64,000 nt of DNA from Candidatus Saccharimonadota bacterium (GCA_029288365.1 JARIHI010000007.1:38464-102463), one strand, 5' to 3'. Positions 8,999 through 19,231 are shown, numbered from the stretch's first letter. Notes: generated by a model from the letters alone, not told the origin. Numbers and translations are program-made.

Positions 8999-10816
8999 TT
9001 ATGCGTCCCCTGCTGCTACGCGATTTACTTCCTCAATGGTTGTCAACCCCGCTAGTGCCTTCAGATAGCCATCTTCTCGCATATCTACCATGCCTTGCGC
9101 CTTTGCGACTTTTTGGATATCCGCACTGGTTGAGCGTTGCAGAATTAATTTTTGAATTTCTTCGGTGACGGTAAATACTTCGTATATACCCATCCGACCC
9201 TTATAGCCACCAGGGGCTTTCGGGCCAGGTACACCCTTGGTTAAAGTATAAGCGTTTTGGGTAGCAAGAGGCAAGTTCTGATAGCCAAGATCTTTAGCAA
9301 GTTTTGCGCTCTCCTCTTTAGACTTAGGGAGTAGTCGACCTATCGTACCCTGAACGGCAGCAGTTTCTGCAACACTTGATTGGTATTGTGTACGGTCTTC
9401 ACCTATACGTCGCACCAGCCGCTGGCCAATTACCGTATGCACTGTGCTGGCTATCAAAAATGGCTCAATACCCATATCTAGAAGTCGCGGTAAAATACCT
9501 GCTGCCGAATTTGTATGTAGCGTGCTAAATACTAAATGCCCCGTTAAGGCAGCCTGTACGGCCAATTCCGCAGTTTCTTTGTCCCGGATCTCGCCGACCA
9601 TCACTACGTCTGGGTCTTGGCGCAAAATAGAGCGCAAACCACTCGCAAACGTAAGACCAACGTCCGCGTTCACTTGAATTTGGTTAACGCCGTTCATTTT
9701 GTATTCCACTGGGTCTTCTAGAGTAACTATGTTAATTTCGTCAGTTTTAATGGCGTTCAATAAAGCATACAAGGATGTCGACTTACCAGAACCCGTTGGA
9801 CCAGAAGTAAGGATCATGCCGTGAGATTGCTTCAAACCTTCTTTAATTAACCGCAAACTACGCCCCACATACCCCATGTTCTCCATTTGCAGACTGGTAC
9901 CACTTTTATCAAGTAAACGAATAACAACCTGCTCGCCCCAAACAACAGGGGAAATTGCAATACGCAGATCAATATCAGCTCCAGCCACATTAATGCTAAA
10001 TTCACCGTCTTGGGGGATACGATGCTCATCGATTTTTAGGTTGGCTAAGATTTTGATACGCGAGATAAGAGGCGGCTCGGTGCTTTTCGGTAACTTCATA
10101 ATTTCTCGGAGCACACCGTCCACGCGACACCGAATTTTTAGCTCTTCTTGTAAGGGTTCTATATGGATGTCGCTTGCTTTATTGCGAGCAGCAAACTCCA
10201 ATATAGTAGAAAGCGCTTTACTGATCGGCGAATCCTGAACTATTGTTTTTATTTCTTTGCCAGCCGGGCTTTGCTTGCCCTGGCCATCTTTTTGTACTTC
10301 TTTTTGTGATTGCTTTACTTGCTGCTCATCTTGGCCAATACTGCTTATTTCGCCAACGACACGCTTGGAGATATTAGCGTCGTACTGCTGTAAAACTTGC
10401 CGTATACCAGCCTCACTTGCCGCATATACTTTGAGCGGGCGACCAATTTTATTAGACAGAAAATCAACTGCCTGTACATTGTCAGCGTCAAGCATAGCCA
10501 CAACCAGTCTGCGCTGCATCTCACCCAAAGGAACTGCCATGTATCGTTCAGCAATTTCCTGAGGTAATAAATCTAATATTTTCGGATCAATTTGGGCATT
10601 TAGTAAGTTTACGTATGGTAGCTTTGTGACGTGTGCGATTGTCTTGGTAAGGTCTTCGTCAGACACATCACCCTCTGAAACGAGCAAGCCGAATAAAGGA
10701 GCGTGGTCTTTCGATGCTTTACCACGCAACTCATTCAAACGGGCGTTATTGATCAGTTTATTCTTAACTAATGTTTCCTCTACCTCTTTTTGGGTAGCGG
10801 CAGACAGCACACTCAT
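8999..10816 (-). CDS. pilB: Type IV pilus assembly ATPase (GspE family)
   Basis: 605 aa with an N-terminal GSPII_E-like domain, Walker A GPTGSGKSTSLYALLN, and LRQDPDVVMVGEIRD. Confidence 0.9.
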   Translation of the reverse strand: MSVLSAATQKEVEETLVKNKLINNARLNELRGKASKDHAPLFGLLVSEGDVSDEDLTKTIAHVTKLPYVNLLNAQIDPKILDLLPQEIAERYMAVPLGEMQRRLVVAMLDADNVQAVDFLSNKIGRPLKVYAASEAGIRQVLQQYDANISKRVVGEISSIGQDEQQVKQSQKEVQKDGQGKQSPAGKEIKTIVQDSPISKALSTILEFAARNKASDIHIEPLQEELKIRCRVDGVLREIMKLPKSTEPPLISRIKILANLKIDEHRIPQDGEFSINVAGADIDLRIAISPVVWGEQVVIRLLDKSGTSLQMENMGYVGRSLRLIKEGLKQSHGMILTSGPTGSGKSTSLYALLNAIKTDEINIVTLEDPVEYKMNGVNQIQVNADVGLTFASGLRSILRQDPDVVMVGEIRDKETAELAVQAALTGHLVFSTLHTNSAAGILPRLLDMGIEPFLIASTVHTVIGQRLVRRIGEDRTQYQSSVAETAAVQGTIGRLLPKSKEESAKLAKDLGYQNLPLATQNAYTLTKGVPGPKAPGGYKGRMGIYEVFTVTEEIQKLILQRSTSADIQKVAKAQGMVDMREDGYLKALAGLTTIEEVNRVAAGDA

Positions 10817-10834
10817 ATAATAAGTCCTTTGCCC

Positions 10835-11083
10835 TTATGGCTGCCCATTAAATGGATTTGGATTATTGCTATCACCTATTTGTACCGGCTGAGCGGGGTC
10901 TACGGACTGGCCATTAAAGTACTTCTCACTTGGCTTTGGAAAATCTGCGGTGACCGGATCAATAATTTCAACCTGTTGTGAACGATTTTTCGGAGAAGAA
11001 AAAAACATATTTGAAAGCACAAGCGAAATAACAGCGCTCACAAATGCTACCACTATCAAGACCAGGATATCTTTTTGTTTCAT
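10835..11083 (-). CDS. Small membrane-anchored protein in the PilP position
   Basis: 82 aa with one TM helix. Its ATG overlaps the stop of the PilO-like gene (TAATG), implying translational coupling. No family recognised. Confidence 0.45.
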   Translation of the reverse strand: MKQKDILVLIVVAFVSAVISLVLSNMFFSSPKNRSQQVEIIDPVTADFPKPSEKYFNGQSVDPAQPVQIGDSNNPNPFNGQP

Positions 11084-11766
11084 TACTTTACCACCTTCTT
11101 TCTGAGCTCAAGCTTCTTCTCGGGCTGATAGAACGTCTGAGCTGTTATAGTCGCGGTTACAGTACCATCGTTACTATTGACAGTCATTTTTTGTACTTGG
11201 ATCGGGCGTATAGACTTCTCAAATACTTCACTTAATCCTTGTATTTGTTGATAAGCGCCTCTTACGCTCAATTGGAAATCCATAGCTATCGGTGTAGGAG
11301 CTGCAGATTGTTGCTCTGCCTGAGCAACTTCGTCATCGGTACCGACTATACTTTCTATTTGCAAACCTTGGGTTGTTGCTAGTTTTTCCAGGCTAGACGC
11401 AAGAGCTGGGAAGTCGTACTTACTTGGTAGCGCGTCAAGGATGATTTTAGCGTTATCGCCATCCCTATCGCCACTGCCCGCCGGATTACCTCCAATAATA
11501 TTTTGCGAAGTACTGACAAATGCTTCGTAAGACTTTACTAAGTCATCACGAGCAGCAAGGTTTTTGTTGAGCTGTTCTAAAGTATTTTTCTTAGTGCTAA
11601 TAACTCTATTTTGATACATAGCTTTGCTCAACAAAGCGTGTGACGAGACCAACGAGAACACTACAAGGAACGCAGCAACTGCAGCCGCGATCACCGTGGT
11701 CGTATTTGCTTTGTCAATCAACGCTCGCTTTGTCATGCCGGCTGTGTTGGGTATTTTCATCGCCAT
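11083..11766 (-). CDS. pilO: PilO-like pilus assembly protein
   Basis: A single TM helix, then a coiled coil, then a small C-terminal domain. It lies immediately after pilN. Confidence 0.55.
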   Translation of the reverse strand: MAMKIPNTAGMTKRALIDKANTTTVIAAAVAAFLVVFSLVSSHALLSKAMYQNRVISTKKNTLEQLNKNLAARDDLVKSYEAFVSTSQNIIGGNPAGSGDRDGDNAKIILDALPSKYDFPALASSLEKLATTQGLQIESIVGTDDEVAQAEQQSAAPTPIAMDFQLSVRGAYQQIQGLSEVFEKSIRPIQVQKMTVNSNDGTVTATITAQTFYQPEKKLELRKKVVK

Positions 11767-11767
11767 A

Positions 11768-12448
11768 TTACTGTCCTCCCCCTACGCTCTGCTCAAACAG
11801 CGCGCTAGGTCGTTCGGTAGCAGACCGACTACTGACAATCTGTGGGACTTGTAGCTGAACTTTTTCTTCTTGGCTGAAAATAATCGGGTCAAAATTAAGA
11901 GTAATCGTATAGGTGTTTTTATTCTCAGAGCGTGCAAAGCTTGATAACACAACACTGCTAAACGCCGCCTTCTTTTCATCGCCTGAATTTTCTGTAGTGT
12001 ATTTAGTGAACTTCAATGAATCGGTGTATGTATTAATAGCTGTTATACTTTCGGCTGAACCTGAAATTGAAATGGTACCCGCTTCGTAATCAATATCTAG
12101 TTGAGTTATCGTAGCCTGAGTCGGTGTTACTTGTTGTAAGTACCCGAAAATTCGAGAAGCAACGATTTTATTTCCATGCAGTTGCTCAAGTGCATTTAAC
12201 TGGTTTTGTACGCTCAAAATTTTGTTTATATCTTCAGTTTTTGTAAGGTTTTCACTTTGTTTTTTAATATCTTTAGTTAGATCATTCATATTTTTCTTCT
12301 GGGCCAAGTTTACAAATGTAAATAGCAATATAAAGATTGCCACTGCTGCAATGCTAGCAATAGTAGAGATAGAAACAATTAAACGTTTCTGCCGCTGGGC
12401 TTTTATATAGGCAATTTTTACATCCGGTAGTAAGTTAAACTGAATCAT
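11768..12448 (-). CDS. pilN: PilN-like pilus assembly protein
   Basis: N-terminal MIQFNLLPDVK (the INLLP motif that docks to PilM), followed by a TM helix and a coiled coil. ATGA overlap with pilM. Confidence 0.7.
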   Translation of the reverse strand: MIQFNLLPDVKIAYIKAQRQKRLIVSISTIASIAAVAIFILLFTFVNLAQKKNMNDLTKDIKKQSENLTKTEDINKILSVQNQLNALEQLHGNKIVASRIFGYLQQVTPTQATITQLDIDYEAGTISISGSAESITAINTYTDSLKFTKYTTENSGDEKKAAFSSVVLSSFARSENKNTYTITLNFDPIIFSQEEKVQLQVPQIVSSRSATERPSALFEQSVGGGQ

Positions 12449-13485
12449 CCGTTACGCTCCGCTAAACCTGCTGCGACGCCAAAATGATTTGATACAGACA
12501 ATAGTTCGTTTTGACGATCTGGTGAAAAAGAAATATTACGCCATGCGTTGCCAATTTCTACCTCTATACCAAACTTGTTAGCTACATATACGGGAAATTC
12601 TGGCATAGATGAAGCACCGCCAGTTACAATGACCCGGGCAACGTTTGTGCCGTATCGAGTTTGGAAAAATTGAATGGATTTTTCTATATCACTTGCTAGC
12701 AGATCAATTGTACCGCTTATAGCCTCGTAGACCCGCCCTTCCAATTTGTCTTTACTCATACCAAACTTGAACACGAATTGCTCAGCCTGCTTGTCATCAA
12801 CATTCAGATTCTGGGCAGCCGCCCTAATGATAGCTTCGGTACCAGTTGGCATAGACCGTGTCAGCCTTGGCGCATTGTTCATGCTAATTACTAGGTCTGT
12901 GTTCTTGTTGCCAATATCGAGAATCATCTGTGGGACTGTGGCATCTGCAACTGTTAACGCACGCGTCAGCGCTAAATTGTCCGGCTCAAACGCAATTACG
13001 TTTAATCCTATGGATTCCAGTAGATCAAGGCGCTTCTCAATATATTCGTTATCAACACTCGACAGCAAGATTTCAATCTTGGTTCTGTCTTTGGGTGAGT
13101 CACCTATAACCGCCCACTCGATTTTTGATTGATCTATAGGTGTTGGGATGAACGAATCTGCCTGGTATTTCAAGGCTTTTGCAAGTTCGTTGGCCGGCAA
13201 GCGGTCAAAGTCAATTACCGTAGTAAATACTCGAGTAGAGGGTACCCCTACCGCTACGTCGCGCGTCGTGATTTGCGCCTGGGTCAACAGATCGCCAATA
13301 ACCTTTAGCATTTTCTGTTGATCTGCTTTTGAATCACTGACAACAACTTTGCTATCCACAGGAACATAGGCATATTTAGTAAGTGTCTTGGTAGAGCCGC
13401 TGCCCGTTAGCTGTACAAGCCGTATTGCCGTAGTGCCTATGTCCAGACCAAAGAAGTTAGAGGATAGCCCACTTAATATACTCAT
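12445..13485 (-). CDS. pilM: Actin-like ATPase-fold pilus assembly protein
   Basis: FGLDIGTTAIRLVQL phosphate-1 motif, GGASSMP near the C-terminus, 346 aa. Confidence 0.85.
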   Translation of the reverse strand: MSILSGLSSNFFGLDIGTTAIRLVQLTGSGSTKTLTKYAYVPVDSKVVVSDSKADQQKMLKVIGDLLTQAQITTRDVAVGVPSTRVFTTVIDFDRLPANELAKALKYQADSFIPTPIDQSKIEWAVIGDSPKDRTKIEILLSSVDNEYIEKRLDLLESIGLNVIAFEPDNLALTRALTVADATVPQMILDIGNKNTDLVISMNNAPRLTRSMPTGTEAIIRAAAQNLNVDDKQAEQFVFKFGMSKDKLEGRVYEAISGTIDLLASDIEKSIQFFQTRYGTNVARVIVTGGASSMPEFPVYVANKFGIEVEIGNAWRNISFSPDRQNELLSVSNHFGVAAGLAERNG

Positions 13486-13533
13486 AGTTAGCCCAATTAT
13501 AGCATAAGCGTATCTTGACCATGCAAATTTATT

Positions 13534-16344
13534 TTAGAGATCAGACGGTAAAGTAGTGATGAAGTCGTATAAGGTGACTGGTGGGTCGCCTGGACCGCCG
13601 GTTGACTCGCGCTGCCACACAAGAGGATTAAAGCGAAATACTTCGCCTGCGCCACTATAACCAGCCCCACCGGCTGCAGCACTGTTGCTTGGTGCGAAAC
13701 CACCGCTATCCTGATATAAGCTGCCCCAGCTACGCAACAAGTGAATTTTCTTAGCTACAACAGAACCAGTAAAGACTAGCTGGCTCCTACAGGCATTGTA
13801 ATTGCTACCAGTAGCCGTAACCGATAACGGGGCGCCCAGGCCAGAAGCACACGTATATAGGTTGCCTCCTGCACCATCAATTGATTGTGCCACATAAGTG
13901 CCGTATAGCTGTGTTACGCCAGGCCCAATATAGATATTACGCGCCACTACGGTAATACTCGGAATATTTTCTATAGTATTGTTCGGTGCAGTACTTGGGA
14001 TAATATTTTTACTAATATATACATCGCCCTTCACATACAGACGGATACGGCTCCCCTGAGCTACGGTTGGCGTTTCACCAGTGATAGAAGTCATATCATT
14101 TAGGTTGCCGTTAATTACAAAGTTTTGAACAGTGCGCAGATTAGCCTCATTGACGCCTGGCCAGCCACCTGTGTCTAATTCATCACCACTTGGCATCCCG
14201 CCAAAGTAATCAGACATACAGTTGCCAGCTTTTACATTACCACCGAAATTGCCGCCTGCGTCTACACCATCACCTACACTGGTAGCTACGCCATCCGAGT
14301 CGTTGCTGTTAGCAAAGCTCAGATTAGTTGGCCCTGTGGCAAAACCTGGACTGTTTGGCACCGTTTGTCCACTCGCAAAGCCTTTTATCACGTTCTGAGC
14401 GAATACTGCCAAGCTTGCTCCAGCACCGTTAAATGAGCCACCTTCACCGTTCTTATTCCAGGCAATAATAGAAGCGTTAGTCACTGAACAACCCGCCATA
14501 ACATCGCCACCATAAACTTTAAAATATGGCCGCGCAATCACCCGGAAGCAAGACTGACTTGTTGGCTGCCCAGTAAAGAAGTACGGGTTAGTAGTACCAG
14601 CGCTAAATACATTCAAACAATATTGCGTTCCTACGTCTCCGGGTTGAGCCACACGTTGCCAATTAACCGTTTGCGTATCTCCATCACCTCCTACAGCCGT
14701 ACCACAAGAGCCACTTTCTATAGGGCTACCATTCGCTGTTATATTGTAACTACAATTTACCGTATAGCCAGGCCAACCGCCTCCACCTACAAAATTCTGA
14801 GTGTTAACTGTAGATGTTAGTGTGCCCGTTTCAGTTGGCTCAATATATGGCTTAGTGGAGTTAGTTCTTACACTCGAGGTGCCGCCGACTACTACGGTAC
14901 ATGCGTTGGCCGAGTCCGCAGCTACGTGGTTAAATTCTGCTTGCCAACCTACGCTATACCTTTGGCAAAAAATTGCACCACGAGGAGTATAGTTACTGGT
15001 ATACAGCGTAGGATAATCATTATCGGTTACCAGGAATGTGCCAGGCGGAATAACTGCCGGTATGTTCCGTCCGCACCTATCTCCGCTAGCTCCTTCGTTA
15101 GAATTATCAGGATTATAGTTATATACAGCACACCGTGTGAAGCCACTTGCAGTTTTGGTTCCCCACTGATTGCCCGTGTTTGTGATACTATGAGCAAAAT
15201 TAACAGCCCCCCCCTGCTCTACATACGGTGCACTTACTGAAGATGATAACGATAACGACCATGTAGGATCGTCAGGATCGTCAGGACAGTTTGGGTCACC
15301 TGTACCAGGTATACAACTGCTAGGTGATACTATTACACATACGTTATTGCCCGGATTTTGCTGGTTTGGATTGTCGCTGTTAGTACGGTTTGCATATCCC
15401 CTAAAGCAATATTTTGCACCAAAAGGAGCATTATTCGGTATAGTCTTTTGTTCTATTGGGTCGGGCTTTCTGATTGAGTCGTTTACCCCTAAACCAGATT
15501 GATTGACGTGAGAGCCATTAGTATGAGCACCGTTGTAATCTGTATTACGCCAGCGCTCAAAGCTTGGGCTAGGTGCATCTCCAGTATTCGTGATCAGATA
15601 GCTAAATTTGACAGTTTGGCCGCGCTTACGATATATATCTTTCTGAGTCCACTTCCCATTACTATTTTGCACTTGGGACTTAACTTCCAAATTCCATTTG
15701 GTAGGAGCAGGCGGCTCGTTGTAGGCTACCTGAACGATAAGTGTAAAGCCATTATCAGATCGTATATATTTTTTTGTCCAGTCTCCCCCAGAACGCGCAC
15801 CATTTGGTACTCCCTGGCCAGTTATCTCAAAATCTTGCCCATTACCTGCGCCATGAATGCTTTCATCACAATCAAGCGTCCATGGACCAGCTGCGCCATT
15901 ACGCTGAGACGATTTGTTGTACCCAAGTACTGCTGCGCTGTCACGGCCACAGACATTATTTTGTAAGTTAAATGCCCCGCTCATATATCTCGCACCTGTA
16001 TTTGGGTTAAATATATTGCCGCCGGAGCCAGACTGGCCATTGTAATTGCGCACTACTGCTTGAATATTACCTTTAGCTGGTTGCCCGTTAAATTTTAGTT
16101 CTACAATAGCACCAGCATAATCATGAGTATTGCCAGTATGTAAGCCCGCGCCGTCCGCACATTCGCTTAAGCCAAGCCTACGACCTTCTCGAGGCGGAGT
16201 ACTGCTTGAATTCCAAGCAGTACCTGCAGGCAGAGGCCAAGCGCCAGCCTGTTCACCATGCGCAATACCTATAATTGAAAAACCTGTAATAATAGTTATA
16301 AATAGTAATATTTTTTTACTAAATGACAGTGAGCCTATCCTCAT
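13534..16344 (-). CDS. Large secreted protein (936 aa), adhesin-like, function unknown
   Basis: Signal-peptide-like N-terminus (KKILLFITIITGFSIIGIAHG). Several segments resemble CARDB/DUF11 beta-sandwiches (..FSYLITNTGDAPS.., ..FAHSITNTGNQ..). It is Cys-rich and lies directly upstream of pilM. Confidence 0.7.
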   Translation of the reverse strand: MRIGSLSFSKKILLFITIITGFSIIGIAHGEQAGAWPLPAGTAWNSSSTPPREGRRLGLSECADGAGLHTGNTHDYAGAIVELKFNGQPAKGNIQAVVRNYNGQSGSGGNIFNPNTGARYMSGAFNLQNNVCGRDSAAVLGYNKSSQRNGAAGPWTLDCDESIHGAGNGQDFEITGQGVPNGARSGGDWTKKYIRSDNGFTLIVQVAYNEPPAPTKWNLEVKSQVQNSNGKWTQKDIYRKRGQTVKFSYLITNTGDAPSPSFERWRNTDYNGAHTNGSHVNQSGLGVNDSIRKPDPIEQKTIPNNAPFGAKYCFRGYANRTNSDNPNQQNPGNNVCVIVSPSSCIPGTGDPNCPDDPDDPTWSLSLSSSVSAPYVEQGGAVNFAHSITNTGNQWGTKTASGFTRCAVYNYNPDNSNEGASGDRCGRNIPAVIPPGTFLVTDNDYPTLYTSNYTPRGAIFCQRYSVGWQAEFNHVAADSANACTVVVGGTSSVRTNSTKPYIEPTETGTLTSTVNTQNFVGGGGWPGYTVNCSYNITANGSPIESGSCGTAVGGDGDTQTVNWQRVAQPGDVGTQYCLNVFSAGTTNPYFFTGQPTSQSCFRVIARPYFKVYGGDVMAGCSVTNASIIAWNKNGEGGSFNGAGASLAVFAQNVIKGFASGQTVPNSPGFATGPTNLSFANSNDSDGVATSVGDGVDAGGNFGGNVKAGNCMSDYFGGMPSGDELDTGGWPGVNEANLRTVQNFVINGNLNDMTSITGETPTVAQGSRIRLYVKGDVYISKNIIPSTAPNNTIENIPSITVVARNIYIGPGVTQLYGTYVAQSIDGAGGNLYTCASGLGAPLSVTATGSNYNACRSQLVFTGSVVAKKIHLLRSWGSLYQDSGGFAPSNSAAAGGAGYSGAGEVFRFNPLVWQRESTGGPGDPPVTLYDFITTLPSDL

Positions 16345-17339
16345 TTGTCGTATCCTTTGTACTGTGCCTTTATGGCACTAAACGCCTTGTTAAATGCGCT
16401 GGTTTTTGCCGCAGTACCTTTATTATTCAAAACTGTGAAATAGTAATATGTTTCTCGACTTTCCATCTTGGTGGGATTTTTATAGTCCGTTACCTTATAT
16501 GTTTTGCCAACTCGAACTGCACTGATACCTATCGGGGCAGATCCTGTTACATAATCCTCTATATCACTCGGCAACGCAGAATACTCATTTACGTCAGGGC
16601 TTAGCTTTGTGCTCATGGTGTTGTTATTCGGCTTGTACTGATAATTAAGCTTTGGATCAGCCTGGAGCTTTGTAAGCAACTCTGCTGGTTTGGCTGATTT
16701 ACTCTTTAGCTGTTTATGATATGTATCTGCCTGCTCCTGGGCGTACTTACGTTCCTCAGCAATCATGTTTCTATTGCCTGCATTGGCAGGTTGCCAATCC
16801 TGTCCGGTCTCAATAAGGTTTCCAAAGTAAAATACAAAAATATATCCCTTTACATCGTCAAGTGGAGCTGTCTTAGGTAGTTTATTTTCCAATGCTTCGT
16901 CATAAGCTATTAACTCCGCCCACTTGCTGGCTTTTTCTTTATCACCGGCTTTTTTGAAATGCTCGTTTTTAGCCGCCTCAATCTCTGCGCTGGTTGGCTC
17001 AAAATCTACTTTTTTGGCTGCAGCCTGACGCTTCAGATACTCATATGCCTGCGACGCTGCAGCGTCTTTTGATGTACCGGTACTTACCGGATAAGCTATC
17101 AATTCGTCCACGTCTGTTTTTGAGTAATTCTTATTATCTATGATGAATACAGTTTGATCATTTTGATAGTCGCGTATTGCAAGCCATGCGGTGCATACAA
17201 GAAGTACTACTACAGAAATAACGAGAACAACTTTAAGAGCCTTACGCAAACTACCTCCAAAAATAACATCAGACAAAGCTACTTTTTTATTTGAAGTAAC
17301 AGCTGTAGTTTCTGCAGGTTTTTTATCGTTGTCGCTCAT
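16341..17339 (-). CDS. Membrane-anchored extracytoplasmic protein, function unknown
   Basis: 332 aa with one TM helix (VVLVISVVVLLVCTAWLAI). ATGA overlap with the 936-aa gene. It is the first gene of the minus-strand run. Confidence 0.65.
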   Translation of the reverse strand: MSDNDKKPAETTAVTSNKKVALSDVIFGGSLRKALKVVLVISVVVLLVCTAWLAIRDYQNDQTVFIIDNKNYSKTDVDELIAYPVSTGTSKDAAASQAYEYLKRQAAAKKVDFEPTSAEIEAAKNEHFKKAGDKEKASKWAELIAYDEALENKLPKTAPLDDVKGYIFVFYFGNLIETGQDWQPANAGNRNMIAEERKYAQEQADTYHKQLKSKSAKPAELLTKLQADPKLNYQYKPNNNTMSTKLSPDVNEYSALPSDIEDYVTGSAPIGISAVRVGKTYKVTDYKNPTKMESRETYYYFTVLNNKGTAAKTSAFNKAFSAIKAQYKGYDK

Positions 17340-17529
17340 ACAATGTATGTTCCTTATGCTTAACTATAGCATATAAAACGCCGCTACAAGACTGGTGTAT
17401 TTACTTATCCACAACCCTTATGTCTATTGTGATATCAATCACTCAAATAACTAATCATAAGCAATTTTTTTCTTGCTTCATATATGGTATAAGGAAAGTG
17501 GACAGCATAAGTAATAAAGAGGTAGTGTC

Positions 17530-18849
17530 ATGGAAGATCAGCCAAATCCACCCGCCTTGCCAAACGAGATCGAACGAACCGCCATATCGCTGCTTCGTGC
17601 CGCCCAAGAGTCAATAGCTCAAATTGGCACAAAAGCGCTGACCTTGTTTCAGCGTGCTGAAACCGATGACACTCCTGACACAGACTTCCCTGCTGGAGTA
17701 TCTGAATCTCCTAACATATTAGCCATAGAAACTGATCAAGCTGTTCATCTTGATCAGCCCGAGACTGCTTTTAGCAGAATACGTGATGCCGCTGTTGAGC
17801 TTAGAGCTAGAGCACGTACACACAAAAGACACCTCTTAGGTGTAGCAGCTGCTGCAAGCGCTGCGTTTGCAGCACCTTTCGTTTTACCAGAAGTTTTTAA
17901 AAAACCACCTGCTGCAAGCGCTGCGGAAGTAAATCAAGAAACTGGTGGCTATCCTTGGGCAACTGTAAGCCCGGATGAATATGATAGCTATGGTCTACCC
18001 GCAAGGGAATGCTACTCTTACGCGGTCTGGCGAGCGGCGCAAAATGGCACCTCTCCGGAACGAGCTATAGGTGTAGTCTCAGAAGAGGCAGCCTTAGATC
18101 AATATGAAGTAGTCGACAAAATCCCGGCAGTTGGAGCAGTTTTTGCCTCACCCGGTCATGTCATGTACGTTGAGGAAATAAATATTGGTGGTGACCCTGA
18201 TAGGATAAGGGTCTCTGACTATAATGGCAAAGGTGGGCCTTACAGCTACGCTGTGCAGATATTATCTGTATCAAGCCTAATAGATCATGGCTCTTTCGTA
18301 CACCTTGAACTACCTCCTGTAGCCAACGGAGCTTTTGCAGGAGCATCACCAGATAAAGGTAAGAAAAATACTATTGGCTCTAGAGGCATACTTGAATCAT
18401 CCACCTACATTGTATCGCCTAATGGACAGTTCAATCTGCTGCTTGATTATCAAGGCAATGTAGGTATGTACGATAAAGAAGAGGGATTTAGCAAACTATG
18501 GCAGAGTAATACGGCGGGCAGCAATGCGGACGGTCTCAATATTGAGTTAAGCGCTAGAAAAGGAAGAAACAACAGGCTTGTACTCTGGCGCTATGAATCC
18601 GAAGATAGTGCCGCTCATGTCACCGTCAAATCTTGGAGCATAGGCAAAGCAAACAGAGTCGTTATAAACGATGATGGAACAATTTCAGGTTTTAAAGGCA
18701 AGAAAGAACTTTGGAAGGCGCATAGCCTTCCTGCTGCTCCGCGCGCTGCTAAAGCTGCGGCTCGTCGCCAAGCTCGTATTGTCGCAGCCCGAAAAGCAAG
18801 AAAAAGCCAAGCACACGCCAATAAAGCCGCTCGGCAAAGGCGTAAATAA
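17530..18849 (+). CDS. CHAP-domain peptidoglycan amidase/endopeptidase with a bulb-lectin-like domain and a basic tail
   Basis: CHAP Cys (ARECYSYAVWRAAQNG) and His (SPGHVMYVEEI...VSDYNG). A lectin-like stretch follows (NGQFNLLLDYQGNVGMYDK...KLWQSNT). The tail is Arg/Lys/Ala-rich. SD AAGAGG lies 8 nt upstream of the ATG. Confidence 0.8.
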   Translation: MEDQPNPPALPNEIERTAISLLRAAQESIAQIGTKALTLFQRAETDDTPDTDFPAGVSESPNILAIETDQAVHLDQPETAFSRIRDAAVELRARARTHKRHLLGVAAAASAAFAAPFVLPEVFKKPPAASAAEVNQETGGYPWATVSPDEYDSYGLPARECYSYAVWRAAQNGTSPERAIGVVSEEAALDQYEVVDKIPAVGAVFASPGHVMYVEEINIGGDPDRIRVSDYNGKGGPYSYAVQILSVSSLIDHGSFVHLELPPVANGAFAGASPDKGKKNTIGSRGILESSTYIVSPNGQFNLLLDYQGNVGMYDKEEGFSKLWQSNTAGSNADGLNIELSARKGRNNRLVLWRYESEDSAAHVTVKSWSIGKANRVVINDDGTISGFKGKKELWKAHSLPAAPRAAKAAARRQARIVAARKARKSQAHANKAARQRRK

Positions 18850-18850
18850 A

Positions 18851-19231
18851 CTACCTTTTCAGATGATAGGTTATTGTGTGGTGGGTGTAACCATGTCTTT
18901 GAGGGCGCAGCTTCTGTTGGATTTTTAGGCGAATACCCATTAAGCTAAATCGTATTTCTGTTAATAGGCTTTTAAACGTGCCTTTGTATCGAGCTTCTTC
19001 TACCGTTTCATAGGTTATGCTGGCATGGGCTAAAGTATGTTCAAGTGAATACATTTTTTGTTCAATATTCTGTAACGTTTTCAGATCAACATTGGAATGT
19101 CCTGTACCTGTTTTTTGTACAAATTCCGCTCTAAGATCGGTCAGCTCGGTTTTGAGCTTACGATATTCTTTTTCTGTCAGTTCATGCCGTTCTGTAGCAG
19201 CACTAAATGGCTGTAAAGCGCCCATATCCAC
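18851..19231 (-). CDS. Hypothetical coiled-coil protein
   Basis: 126-aa ORF preceded by a strong SD (AAGGAGGTGGAT-ATG). The N-terminal LTEKEYRKLKTELTDLRAE faintly resembles the GreA N-terminal coiled coil. No Gre C-terminal domain is present. Confidence 0.6.
   Translation of the reverse strand: MDMGALQPFSAATERHELTEKEYRKLKTELTDLRAEFVQKTGTGHSNVDLKTLQNIEQKMYSLEHTLAHASITYETVEEARYKGTFKSLLTEIRFSLMGIRLKIQQKLRPQRHGYTHHTITYHLKR

Noticed and set aside
13534-16344. Possibility that the 936-aa protein is the missing PilQ secretin
   Set aside because: No secretin-type C-terminal domain pattern or N0/N1 repeats are recognisable. The composition (Cys-rich, sandwich-like repeats, beta-helix-like tail) fits an adhesin or wall protein better. 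It is left as unknown.
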